Shown: positions 9,935 through 18,228 of the stretch, piece by piece | Layout: every line of letters begins with the position of its first letter | How positions within the stretch are numbered: the stretch's first letter is position 1 | Source of the DNA: Ignavibacteria bacterium CG1_02_37_35 | Lineage (GTDB): Bacteria > Bacteroidota > Ignavibacteria > Ignavibacteriales > Ignavibacteriaceae | Reading direction: 5' to 3' | Assembly (NCBI GenBank): GCA_001871325.1 | Contig: MNVA01000238.1 | Coordinates: forward strand, 1 to 61,911 | Length of the DNA stretch: 61,911 nucleotides | The notes under the pieces: generated by a model | Database searches by the model: none | What the model was told of the DNA's origin: nothing | The model's input: only the letters and a program-made list of their open reading frames with translations | Made by a program: the position numbers and the translations under genes

Positions 9935-10564
9935 CTATTTTATTGTTATAAATCTTTCACTTGGGGTCATTGAAATTCCGCATCGTTTAGGAGCTTTTGC
10001 ATCATAAGTATTTCCGCAAGTTGGGCAAACAAAATATAGACTTGCCAGAGTGTTTTCTTTTCCGGAGTTAAGTTGTTCAAGTGCATTTTTATAAAGCGCG
10101 AGATGTTTCTGTTCGGTTTTATAAGCGTAAGAAAAAGAGATTGTTGCTAACGTTACCTTCCCTTCTTCAGATGTTTTTATAAAGCCCGGATACATTGTAG
10201 AAACTTCATAACCTTCACCCTTTATGACATCTTGAAGATTTTCTTTTGTTGAATTAACTTCAAATTTTGGTGTTACTTTCGGTGTAACCTCACCCAATTG
10301 TTCTAAGACAGCACTATGATTTGTTGCATGAATGTTTTCTGATTTTGAAGCGGCTTCAAATAATAAAGCAACTTTAGAGTAACCTTCTTTTTTTGCTTTC
10401 TTTGCATAAGCGGCATATTTGGCGCTGGCTGTAGATTCGCCCTCGAATGCTGCCTTAAGGTTTGCAACTGTTTGAACTTTTGTGTCTAATTTTACTGCTG
10501 ATGCATTGCTAAATGCAACCACAGTTAAAAGAAGAACTGCTAAATAATTGATTATTGTTTTCAT
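9935..10564 (-). CDS. Rubrerythrin/ferritin-like di-iron protein with signal peptide
   Basis: Two E...ExxH-type halves (FEGES...SENIHATNH; GEGYE...EQKH). The C-terminal CPTC is present, but the second CxxC of a rubredoxin knuckle is missing (only RCG). Confidence 0.7.
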   Translation of the reverse strand: MKTIINYLAVLLLTVVAFSNASAVKLDTKVQTVANLKAAFEGESTASAKYAAYAKKAKKEGYSKVALLFEAASKSENIHATNHSAVLEQLGEVTPKVTPKFEVNSTKENLQDVIKGEGYEVSTMYPGFIKTSEEGKVTLATISFSYAYKTEQKHLALYKNALEQLNSGKENTLASLYFVCPTCGNTYDAKAPKRCGISMTPSERFITIK

Positions 10565-10612
10565 TTTATCTTCATTTAATTTATTGAAATATTGTTTTAT
10601 GAAAAGAATTTT

Positions 10613-11113
10613 TTAGTCTTCATCATCTTCGCCCGCAGTTGTGTTCTGACCGTTTGTGTTTTGATCCAATCCAAAATTAAATTGAACACCGGCAGCGTGT
10701 TTATAAACTAATTCACCGCCATAATAACCGGTTCGCGCAACCGAAAGAACTCCCGCAAGAAAAAGAACAAAAGCCGCATATTTTAATATGCCGTCCAATT
10801 TTTTCAGCCACACCAAGGCGATTCTTGCAATAGCTGCACCCACCATTAACCAAAGTGTAAACTGCGCTGCGTGCTCATGAGTTTCCAACGCGTTTTTTAA
10901 TTGCCCTGTTTCAGAAACGCCGTCACCGGCAATATCGCCCGTAATATAAGCTGCAACAACACCAAGCGTTCCCAATATCAATAAATAAAAGGCGGCTTTG
11001 GTAAAAAATTCTTTCTTCAAAGTGAGACCGATAATTTCAGAAAGAAACCCAACCATCAAAAGTGCGATCGGGAAATGAACGATCATAGGGTGAAGATGAC
11101 TTGTGTCAAACAT
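10613..11113 (-). CDS. DUF2231-like integral membrane protein
   Basis: HPMIVHFPIALL motif and 4 TM segments. ATG at 11113 is preceded by GGAG, so it is preferred over the TTG at 11149. Confidence 0.7.
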   Translation of the reverse strand: MFDTSHLHPMIVHFPIALLMVGFLSEIIGLTLKKEFFTKAAFYLLILGTLGVVAAYITGDIAGDGVSETGQLKNALETHEHAAQFTLWLMVGAAIARIALVWLKKLDGILKYAAFVLFLAGVLSVARTGYYGGELVYKHAAGVQFNFGLDQNTNGQNTTAGEDDED

Positions 11114-11305
11114 AAAAACTCCATTTTCTTTTTTCAAACATAATTTCAATTAGCTTAAAACTTTCTAAAAGATTGCTTAAAAAATTGTTAAAATTCTCGA
11201 CTCGAGACCCAAGAGTCTTAATCGTAAAACGAAATAAATTGACATTGTACACTGAATTGTTTACTTTCATTGCAGAGAACTAAATTTATTAGGAGATGTT
11301 TACAA

Positions 11306-12940
11306 ATGAATAAGTTCGCCGCAATACTATCTTTTTTTTTCCTCTTTTCCTGGATGGGTTTTTCTCAAATCAATCCCGCACATGATTATCTTTCAGTAAA
11401 CAATATTTTTATATGGATTTATAACGACGGAATGTCTTCACATGATCCAAGGACTGACGGCTCTGGATTGTATTGGCCCATCAGTCAAAACCCTCAAACG
11501 TCAGTATTTCAAGATGGATTAGTTTGGGGTGGAATAGTTGATGGTGAAGTTCGCGTAAACGGAAGCACTTACCGCACCGGCGTTAAACCGGGGTATATGC
11601 TCAATCCGCTTCTCTATGGAGATCCAAGCGATACGCTTTTCGGAATTTGGAAATTGAAGAAAGATTGGGAACAAACGACAGGAGACGAAAGAGCGCGTTA
11701 TGAATTTAATTACAATAATTGGCCCGGTTATATCGGCGCCCCCTTTGAAGATGTTGACAGTGACGGTAAATTTTCTCGGGGAATTGATAAGCCAAAGTTC
11801 CTTGGCGATGAAATGCTCTGGTTTATTGCAAACGACGGCGATTCGGCTCAATCAAAATATTGTTATGGCAGTGAGTCAATCGGTTTAGAAATACAATGTA
11901 CGGTTTACGGATACGCCCAAGAAAATTATTTAAAAGATGTCGTTTTCAAGAAGTATAAATTGATAAATAAAAGCCAAAACACCGTTGAAGATATGATGTT
12001 AAGTTATTGGTCTGACCCTGATTTAGGTAATGCCGGCGATGATTATATCGGAATTGACACCACCCTTCAATTGAGCTATTGTTATAATGGCGATAATAAC
12101 GATGAAGCCTTTTATGGAGAAAATCCCCCCGCAATTGGTTATTTATATCTACAAAATCCTTATGTTCAATCTGCCCAAAGCGATAGCGGTTTGTTTGACG
12201 GTAAATGGAGAAAGGGAATTAAGAACATTAGAATTGGAGCAAATGTACCGGGATTGAAATTTCCGTTAAGTTCTGACCCTCCACTTGGAGTTTACAAGGG
12301 AACGTTAAATTGGTGGAATTATTTAAATGGGTACTGGCCTTCAGGAGATACAGTTATTGATCCATCAACGAACGAGCAAGTAAAAATTGCTTTAGCCGGG
12401 GACCCGGTAACGCAAACCGGTTGGTATGAAGGTATTCCAACATGGCCAGATGGTGGTTCACCACCACCATCTGACCGCCGAATTTATACTTCCACAGAAA
12501 AATTTACTTTGGCGCCCGGCGACACACAGGAAATTGTAATTGCAATTTTGCTCGCAAGAGGAACCAGCAATATCAACAGCATAACAGAGTTAAGAAATGT
12601 TGCAACGCATGTGAAAGACTTTTACTCTTCACAAGTCTTAACCGACATTCAAGATAAATCTGTTCGTCCAAATGAATTTCTTTTGTTCCAAAATTATCCA
12701 AATCCATTTAATCCAAGCACAGTCATTAGTTATCAGTTATCGGTTTTCAGTAAAGTTAGTTTGAAAGTGTATGATGTCCTTGGGAAGGAAATTGCGACGC
12801 TTGTTACCGAGGAACAACAACCGGGCAATTATAATTACGAATTAGGAATTAGGAATTACGAATTATCAAGTGGTATTTATTTCTACCAACTGAGGGCTGG
12901 TAGTTTCATTCAAACTAAGAAGATGATAATTTTAAAGTAA
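11306..12940 (+). CDS. Secreted hypothetical protein with T9SS C-terminal sorting domain
   Basis: ATG 11306 with AGGAG 11 nt upstream, signal peptide, C-terminal FQNYPNPFNPSTVISYQL...SGIYFYQLRAG tail. Confidence 0.75.
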   Translation: MNKFAAILSFFFLFSWMGFSQINPAHDYLSVNNIFIWIYNDGMSSHDPRTDGSGLYWPISQNPQTSVFQDGLVWGGIVDGEVRVNGSTYRTGVKPGYMLNPLLYGDPSDTLFGIWKLKKDWEQTTGDERARYEFNYNNWPGYIGAPFEDVDSDGKFSRGIDKPKFLGDEMLWFIANDGDSAQSKYCYGSESIGLEIQCTVYGYAQENYLKDVVFKKYKLINKSQNTVEDMMLSYWSDPDLGNAGDDYIGIDTTLQLSYCYNGDNNDEAFYGENPPAIGYLYLQNPYVQSAQSDSGLFDGKWRKGIKNIRIGANVPGLKFPLSSDPPLGVYKGTLNWWNYLNGYWPSGDTVIDPSTNEQVKIALAGDPVTQTGWYEGIPTWPDGGSPPPSDRRIYTSTEKFTLAPGDTQEIVIAILLARGTSNINSITELRNVATHVKDFYSSQVLTDIQDKSVRPNEFLLFQNYPNPFNPSTVISYQLSVFSKVSLKVYDVLGKEIATLVTEEQQPGNYNYELGIRNYELSSGIYFYQLRAGSFIQTKKMIILK

Positions 12941-12958
12941 TATTTACTACAAATCAAA

Positions 12959-12996
12959 AACCTTGAAGGACTTTTATCCTTCAAGGTTAATTTTTT
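12959..12996. terminator. Bidirectional rho-independent terminator
   Basis: AACCTTGAAGG / CCTTCAAGGTT stem with a T-run after the hairpin on both strands; sits between convergent genes. Confidence 0.75.
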
Positions 12997-13010
12997 GAAA
13001 AAAAATTATT

Positions 13011-13919
13011 TTACTTTTTCTTCACTTCTATATCACCGCCGGAAGTACGGCAGATCAGATCTTTCCCCCCATTGTTTAAATCAGCTTCAAAACGGGAAGA
13101 AGAAATTTTTACAACGTTGTTTGTTGTGAGTTCGCAGCTTATATCGCCTCCGGAAGTTTTTAAATTCGCTTTAGCGCTAAAATCTGCAGGTAAATAAACA
13201 TCAATATCACCTCCGGAAGTCGTAAGGTCAATCCCAAGACTTTCACCCCAGTAATCTAATTTTATATCACCGCCGGAAGTAGACGCGTCAATTCTTGCAT
13301 TACCGCCTTTCAAATCAATATCTCCACCCGAAGTAGAGACATCAAGATCTCCGTCAAAATTAACAACAGAAATGTCGCCGCCTGAGGTAGAGGCTTTCGT
13401 GTTTCCTTTATTATTTTTAACAGTAACATTGCCGCCTGAAGTGGAAATGTTAGTATTTCCAACATTATCGTAAAGTTTTAAATCTCCGCCAGAAGTTTTC
13501 CCATCAATATTTCCGGTTAAATTTTTAACGCCGATATTTCCTCCTGCAGTAGAAACTTTTGCATTATAGGATTTTGGAACCATCACTTCAAAACGGACAC
13601 GTGGAGAGTTTCCCCAATTAAAAGACCAGAATCCTCCCTTTCGTTTTGAAGAAATATAAACGCCCCAATCTTTTTCCTCAAATTTGAACTCAAGTTTTTC
13701 TTTTGCTTTGTCGTTTCCTAAAACCTTGACGTAAACTTCATTTTTATTCCACGTTTCAATTTTCACGCTCCCATTTTGCGCTTCAATTTTTAACAGTTTT
13801 CCGGGATTAGTTGCAAAGGTTTTTTCGTGCAACACCGATAAATCTTGTGGAAGAGCGGTTCCTAAAAACAATGTTGCAAACATCGTTGTAATACACAACA
13901 GAATAGAAACTTTTTTCAT
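13011..13919 (-). CDS. DUF4097-type repeat protein (putative adhesin/beta-helix), secreted
   Basis: Nine spaced T/S-SGG-D/N-I repeats (STSGGDISVVN, STSGGDIDLKG ...) after a signal peptide. Confidence 0.75.
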   Translation of the reverse strand: MKKVSILLCITTMFATLFLGTALPQDLSVLHEKTFATNPGKLLKIEAQNGSVKIETWNKNEVYVKVLGNDKAKEKLEFKFEEKDWGVYISSKRKGGFWSFNWGNSPRVRFEVMVPKSYNAKVSTAGGNIGVKNLTGNIDGKTSGGDLKLYDNVGNTNISTSGGNVTVKNNKGNTKASTSGGDISVVNFDGDLDVSTSGGDIDLKGGNARIDASTSGGDIKLDYWGESLGIDLTTSGGDIDVYLPADFSAKANLKTSGGDISCELTTNNVVKISSSRFEADLNNGGKDLICRTSGGDIEVKKK

Positions 13920-14054
13920 ATCAACTCCTTTTTCTTTTTAGACCTATAAAAATGGCTAAGGTTACAGCTAATAAATTTCATTTATTTTAAAATCTTGTTG
14001 TCAATTTATTAGCTTTAAAGGAAAGATTCAATAATTTATGTTGAAAGGAAATTT

Positions 14055-14462
14055 TTGAAGATAAAAGTAAATAAAGCAGGGATATTTAACAGACTTGATA
14101 CCATCATTGTACGCGTTAAAAATTTGGAAGCATCAAAAAACTGGTACATCGATAATTTGAGTTTCTTCCCCGTTTACAGTGACGATGAAAGCAAAATTAC
14201 GGTGTTTGATTTGGCGGGAACAACGACGTTAACCCTTTGGCAGTTTGATGAAAACGATGCTACAAATAAGTCAAACCACGGGAACACGTATGCTGTATTT
14301 AATTGTGATAATGCAGAACAGGTCTTTAAATCATTAAAGAAAAAAGGAGTTGCCGTTAATAACTTTACTGCTTCGGGTGATGTCTCTCTTTTTAATTTTT
14401 ACGACCCAGATGGAAACAAATTTGAAGTTATAGAAATAAACGAGAAAGACGGCGAAGAATGA
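14055..14462 (+). CDS. VOC (glyoxalase/bleomycin-resistance) family protein
   Basis: 135 aa. LDTIIVRVKNLEASKNWY and the DPDGNKFEV end are typical of VOC. TTG start preceded by AAGGAAA. Confidence 0.65.
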   Translation: MKIKVNKAGIFNRLDTIIVRVKNLEASKNWYIDNLSFFPVYSDDESKITVFDLAGTTTLTLWQFDENDATNKSNHGNTYAVFNCDNAEQVFKSLKKKGVAVNNFTASGDVSLFNFYDPDGNKFEVIEINEKDGEE

Positions 14463-15100
14463 TCTCAAACTACAAACATATCATCTGGGATTGGAACGGC
14501 ACGCTTTTTAACGATGTCGAACTGTCTGTTTCTATCGTTAACAATCTCCTGATTAAAAGGAATCTGATTCCCCTTTCAGTTGAAAAGTATAAAGAAATTT
14601 TCACCTTTCCTGTGAAAGATTATTATGTAACCGCGGGATTTGATTTTGAAAAAGAATCTTTTGAAATTGTGGGCAAAGAATGGATGGATGAATACGAACG
14701 AAGAAAACATGGATGTGGTTTATCAAAATCAGCATTCCAACTCCTTGAAAAGATTTCTTCTTTAAAAATTGAACAATCAATACTTTCCGCTTATTCGCAA
14801 CATACATTAGTTGAAGTTGTTGAACATTTCGGTTTAACAAAATATTTTTCTCATCTTTTAGGGTTAGACAATATTTACGCTTCAAGTAAAGTGAAACTTG
14901 GTAAAGAATTGATGAAAAAATTGGCATTAAATAATGGCGAGGCGCTCTTAATTGGCGATACGATTCACGATTTTAATGTTGCCGCAGAAATTGGCGCTGA
15001 TTGTATTTTGGTCGCAAGCGGGCATCAAAGCCGTAAAAATCTTGAGCGATGCGGAGTTCCGGTTTTCGATTCGATAAAAGAACTTTTAGAGATAATTTAA
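14459..15100 (+). CDS. HAD-superfamily hydrolase (phosphoglycolate-phosphatase-like)
   Basis: Motif I region IIWDWNGTLFND, motif IV GDTIHD; ATGA overlap with the upstream gene. Confidence 0.75.
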   Translation: MISNYKHIIWDWNGTLFNDVELSVSIVNNLLIKRNLIPLSVEKYKEIFTFPVKDYYVTAGFDFEKESFEIVGKEWMDEYERRKHGCGLSKSAFQLLEKISSLKIEQSILSAYSQHTLVEVVEHFGLTKYFSHLLGLDNIYASSKVKLGKELMKKLALNNGEALLIGDTIHDFNVAAEIGADCILVASGHQSRKNLERCGVPVFDSIKELLEII

Positions 15101-15133
15101 CGGTTTCCCATTGAGCTTTTTGCAAATATTGAT

Positions 15134-16966
15134 TTATCGTTCTTTCATTGTTACTCTATTGCGAACCGCGGTTGAAAGAAGTTGATATAAACTTGTCAAA
15201 ATTGATTCATTGATTCCAAACGCTTTTAAAACTGTCTTGTCAAAATTAATTCTGTCTGGTTGCTTAACTTCTTCAAAAATTGGTTTAATTTTTCTTGTCT
15301 TCAATGGTTGAAATGATTTTTTTATTTCTTTTATTGAATTTACTGTGAGCAAAGCTGGATTTAAAACAAGAAGTGTTTTGATGTAATTTGCGTTCAGGTC
15401 TAACGCACCCAAGTTTCGTGATGTACCCCGCATTTCTACAGTTAGAAAAGTTACAATCGAATTAAGTAATGCTGCAATAAGTTCAACATCGCTTTTTGAT
15501 TTTACCGTAATAGCTATAAGTCGTTGGTCAATGGTAAATGGTTTTTCGGAAAAACTGAAGAAGAATCTTTCAAATGGATTGATTGCGGTCACGATGTTTG
15601 CTTGTTTGGGTCGCAACGAATACCAGAATGGTTTGTGTCCTTTACATGTTTCTTGAATTGTCTTTGACCCATTTTTATTTTTTTTGTTCTCAAATCTTTG
15701 AATCCATTTGTAAGCACCAGGGTAATTTGTTTTCAATTTGCCTAACGGTAAACTGCAAACGAAAAGATAATTTTTGTAGTTGCCACCAAATCCCAAAGCT
15801 TTCAATTCGGTTGGGCTTTTCACATATGGAATGAGGAATATATTTTCTATTCCACTTGTCAGAACTTCCTTTGATGAAACAACAAACATCTCATTCCAAC
15901 CAGTTCTTTCGCCTCTGAAAGCAGTAAAAATATTTGGATAAAGCTGTATTAATTGTTGATCGAACTTTTCTAATAAATCGGCTGAAATGAAAAAGGTATC
16001 CCAATTTTTTTGTTCAACTAAAGAATTTTCAAGTTGTTCTTTTGAAACAATACTGACACTTATTGAGTTGTCCGTTTTGTGATATAAATTATGGAAAGTG
16101 GTGTCATTCTTCCAACCCGAATGTTTTGGATTATTGCAATTATCGATGTCAGTATAGAAATCCTCAACCTCTTTCAGTTGTATTAAAATATTATCCTGGT
16201 TAAAAGTTTCAGCAAGTTTGAAGTTTATTGTTACAAACTTTGTTGACTCTGTGCTCTGCCCATGTTGTAGAACGGAAAATATTGTTGAAACTTTTGAATC
16301 ACTAAACCAATGCTCCGCATTGCTTCGAATTATATATTTGATGTGGAAATTGTCGAGCATAAATTTCTTGAATTGAAAACCGTATTCTTTTCCAAGCCAA
16401 GCATTTGAAGTAATTGCCGAAAGGAATCCGTCTTTTTTTAGAAAACGGATGGAATTGTAAATGCAGTAAGTAAAATAATCTGACCGTTCATTTATTTTAA
16501 ATGAGCGATCTTTTAAAAATGCTTTCTGCTTTGCTTCAAACTTTTCCCTGAAAAAAGTTGTCAAAACATCATTTGGAATATCCTCTTGCTGTATGAATGG
16601 GAAGTTACTTGCAATTGCATTAAATAAAGGTATTTGTTGTTGTATCTGGTTTTTGTAGTTATTTGAATCAGGAAACACAACTTTCATATTAGGTTCAAGA
16701 TTGAAATAGTCATCCCTTGTTACTCTCGGGAAATTGTCCGTTTGATTTTTTATTTTTTGTTTGTAGAGGTTGATTACCGAAAGGATTGCAGGAAAATGAG
16801 AAATATCGTTGCCCCAAATTTGATTTAATAAGTTAACATGGTCTTTGTTTCCGTGATAATTCAAAATCTGGTAGAATGAATTTAAGAATGTTCCCGTTCC
16901 CGATGTCGGGTCAAGAACAAAATCGTTTGCAGTTTGTATCACGGGGAATGAGACAAGATTTGCCAA
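15134..16966 (-). CDS. Gamma-class N6-adenine DNA methyltransferase (Eco57I/TaqI-like) with ~400-aa C-terminal specificity-like region; 5' end compromised
   Basis: Motif I VLDPTSGTGTFL and motif IV NFPF are present. The only start available is TTG 16966, which excludes motif X (see finding at 16964-17026). Confidence 0.8.
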   Translation of the reverse strand: MANLVSFPVIQTANDFVLDPTSGTGTFLNSFYQILNYHGNKDHVNLLNQIWGNDISHFPAILSVINLYKQKIKNQTDNFPRVTRDDYFNLEPNMKVVFPDSNNYKNQIQQQIPLFNAIASNFPFIQQEDIPNDVLTTFFREKFEAKQKAFLKDRSFKINERSDYFTYCIYNSIRFLKKDGFLSAITSNAWLGKEYGFQFKKFMLDNFHIKYIIRSNAEHWFSDSKVSTIFSVLQHGQSTESTKFVTINFKLAETFNQDNILIQLKEVEDFYTDIDNCNNPKHSGWKNDTTFHNLYHKTDNSISVSIVSKEQLENSLVEQKNWDTFFISADLLEKFDQQLIQLYPNIFTAFRGERTGWNEMFVVSSKEVLTSGIENIFLIPYVKSPTELKALGFGGNYKNYLFVCSLPLGKLKTNYPGAYKWIQRFENKKNKNGSKTIQETCKGHKPFWYSLRPKQANIVTAINPFERFFFSFSEKPFTIDQRLIAITVKSKSDVELIAALLNSIVTFLTVEMRGTSRNLGALDLNANYIKTLLVLNPALLTVNSIKEIKKSFQPLKTRKIKPIFEEVKQPDRINFDKTVLKAFGINESILTSLYQLLSTAVRNRVTMKER

Positions 16967-17023
16967 AGTTGAAGGCGTGAAGTAATGTCCAAACTCCTGT
17001 TTTTCTTCTTTAGGAACAAGTTT

Positions 17024-17026
17024 TCA
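17024..17026 (-). other. In-frame TGA separating the zinc-ribbon ORF from the methylase ORF
   Basis: Hand translation of the minus strand gives ...NRDDT-TGA-KLVPKEEKQEFGHYFTPST-(TTG)ANLVSF..., in the same reading frame throughout. Confidence 0.9.
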
Positions 17027-17239
17027 AGTATCGTCCCGATTTACATCAACTAAGTAGTCATCCGTTTTACATTCTGGACAACCTTTAAAAAAATATTCCC
17101 TAACATCCCAAAATAATGAAAGTGAATTATCATTTCTTTCATCAGTTATTTCTTCATAGAAAAAATTATCGCACCAATTGCATCTCACAATTGCCTCGTC
17201 TTTCGCGACTTTTAAAATATCTCTTATGCCGTAACTCAT
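17024..17239 (-). CDS. 71-aa zinc-ribbon ORF (possibly the detached N-terminus of the downstream methylase)
   Basis: CNWC ... CPEC pair; ATGA overlap with the upstream Mrr-like gene. Confidence 0.6.
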   Translation of the reverse strand: MSYGIRDILKVAKDEAIVRCNWCDNFFYEEITDERNDNSLSLFWDVREYFFKGCPECKTDDYLVDVNRDDT

Positions 17240-18225
17240 TTTTTTCTTAATCTTTCTAACGGATGAGTTTTTCCCGTTTTTGTGTCAAGGAACTTCCAAA
17301 ATTTCCAACCATTTACTGGCATGCCATTTTGAATTTTTGTTCCTGCTGCTGACGGTGATTTATACACCTCGTTTTCGAAAATAATTTTTGTTGGTGAAAA
17401 ATAAATAGCGAAGTGTTTCTGGTTTTTATAGTTAGTAAAAATTTCAATTCCTTTTCCAATACTTTCTGTCGCTTCTGGAAAATCAAAGTTCAGTTCATCT
17501 TTATCAATATCAAAAATTGTAACCTTTTCAAGAATTACCCCAAGTCCAAACTCACATAATAAATCAACAAGTTTATTTCCATTCATCATAGAAATTGGAG
17601 CCTTGTAAGGGTCATTTGCTTCTTCAGTTGCTGGTTTTGAAAAATCAGAAGTTGTAATAAATAAACCCGTTTGATGCGGTCTTAAACTTCCTCTCAACTC
17701 TGATATGTTGCTTCTTTGAACATTGTTTCTCCATCTTTTTACTTGAACACAAATACTATTCCTAATAACACCAGCAACAACCAATTCGCCTGTAACATCA
17801 ATTCCTCCATCGCCTGTTCTACCAGTTATTTGAACATTTTCAAAACCAAGGTTTCTTAAAACCTCACCACTCAATTCTTCAAACTTAGAAGGTTGCATTA
17901 CATGAAGCGCTTCAAGTAATTGCTGTTTTACCTCGTGATTTTTATTTCTGATGTCGGCAAAAATTCCTTTTGGCTCATGTTCATATAAACCATAAAGACC
18001 TTTTCCATAAGAAATAAACTTGGACTCTGTTCCTTGAGATTTTGCTTTTCTAATATCAGAGTTTATTGCAGAAGCAATATTCCCTGCAATAATTATATCA
18101 TCACTTTCTATGAGTTGTAATTCAAAAGATTTTCTTGTTAAATCGCGAAAATGAATTTGCTTTAGCTTAGGTTCTTCACTAAGAATTTTATAGGCGATTT
18201 CTAAGTAGGTTAAATTCTCTGCCAT
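17236..18225 (-). CDS. Mrr-family restriction endonuclease (Mrr_N wHTH + Mrr catalytic core) with extra C-terminal NGW-x-FW module
   Basis: N-terminus LTYLEIAYKIL...FISYGKGLYGLYE resembles Mrr_N. Core is GRTGDGGIDVTGE...VQVKRW (D...QxK as in E. coli Mrr). C-terminus is YKSPSAAGTKIQNGMPVNGWKFWKF. Confidence 0.85.
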   Translation of the reverse strand: MAENLTYLEIAYKILSEEPKLKQIHFRDLTRKSFELQLIESDDIIIAGNIASAINSDIRKAKSQGTESKFISYGKGLYGLYEHEPKGIFADIRNKNHEVKQQLLEALHVMQPSKFEELSGEVLRNLGFENVQITGRTGDGGIDVTGELVVAGVIRNSICVQVKRWRNNVQRSNISELRGSLRPHQTGLFITTSDFSKPATEEANDPYKAPISMMNGNKLVDLLCEFGLGVILEKVTIFDIDKDELNFDFPEATESIGKGIEIFTNYKNQKHFAIYFSPTKIIFENEVYKSPSAAGTKIQNGMPVNGWKFWKFLDTKTGKTHPLERLRKK

Positions 18226-18228
18226 TGA

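Noticed and set aside
12834-12866. AATTACGAATTA-GGAATTAGG-AATTACGAATTA is a 21-nt period direct repeat that encodes NYEL-GIR-NYEL inside a T9SS tail.
   Set aside because: It is an in-frame short duplication within a tolerant region of the sorting domain. Nothing indicates a function beyond local slippage.
17024-17026. The in-frame TGA might reflect a genome-wide genetic-code change (TGA as Trp or Gly).
   Set aside because: Several well-supported genes in the window terminate at TGA at the expected protein end, for example rpoN at 37751-37753 and the VOC gene at 14460-14462. The genome therefore uses the standard code.
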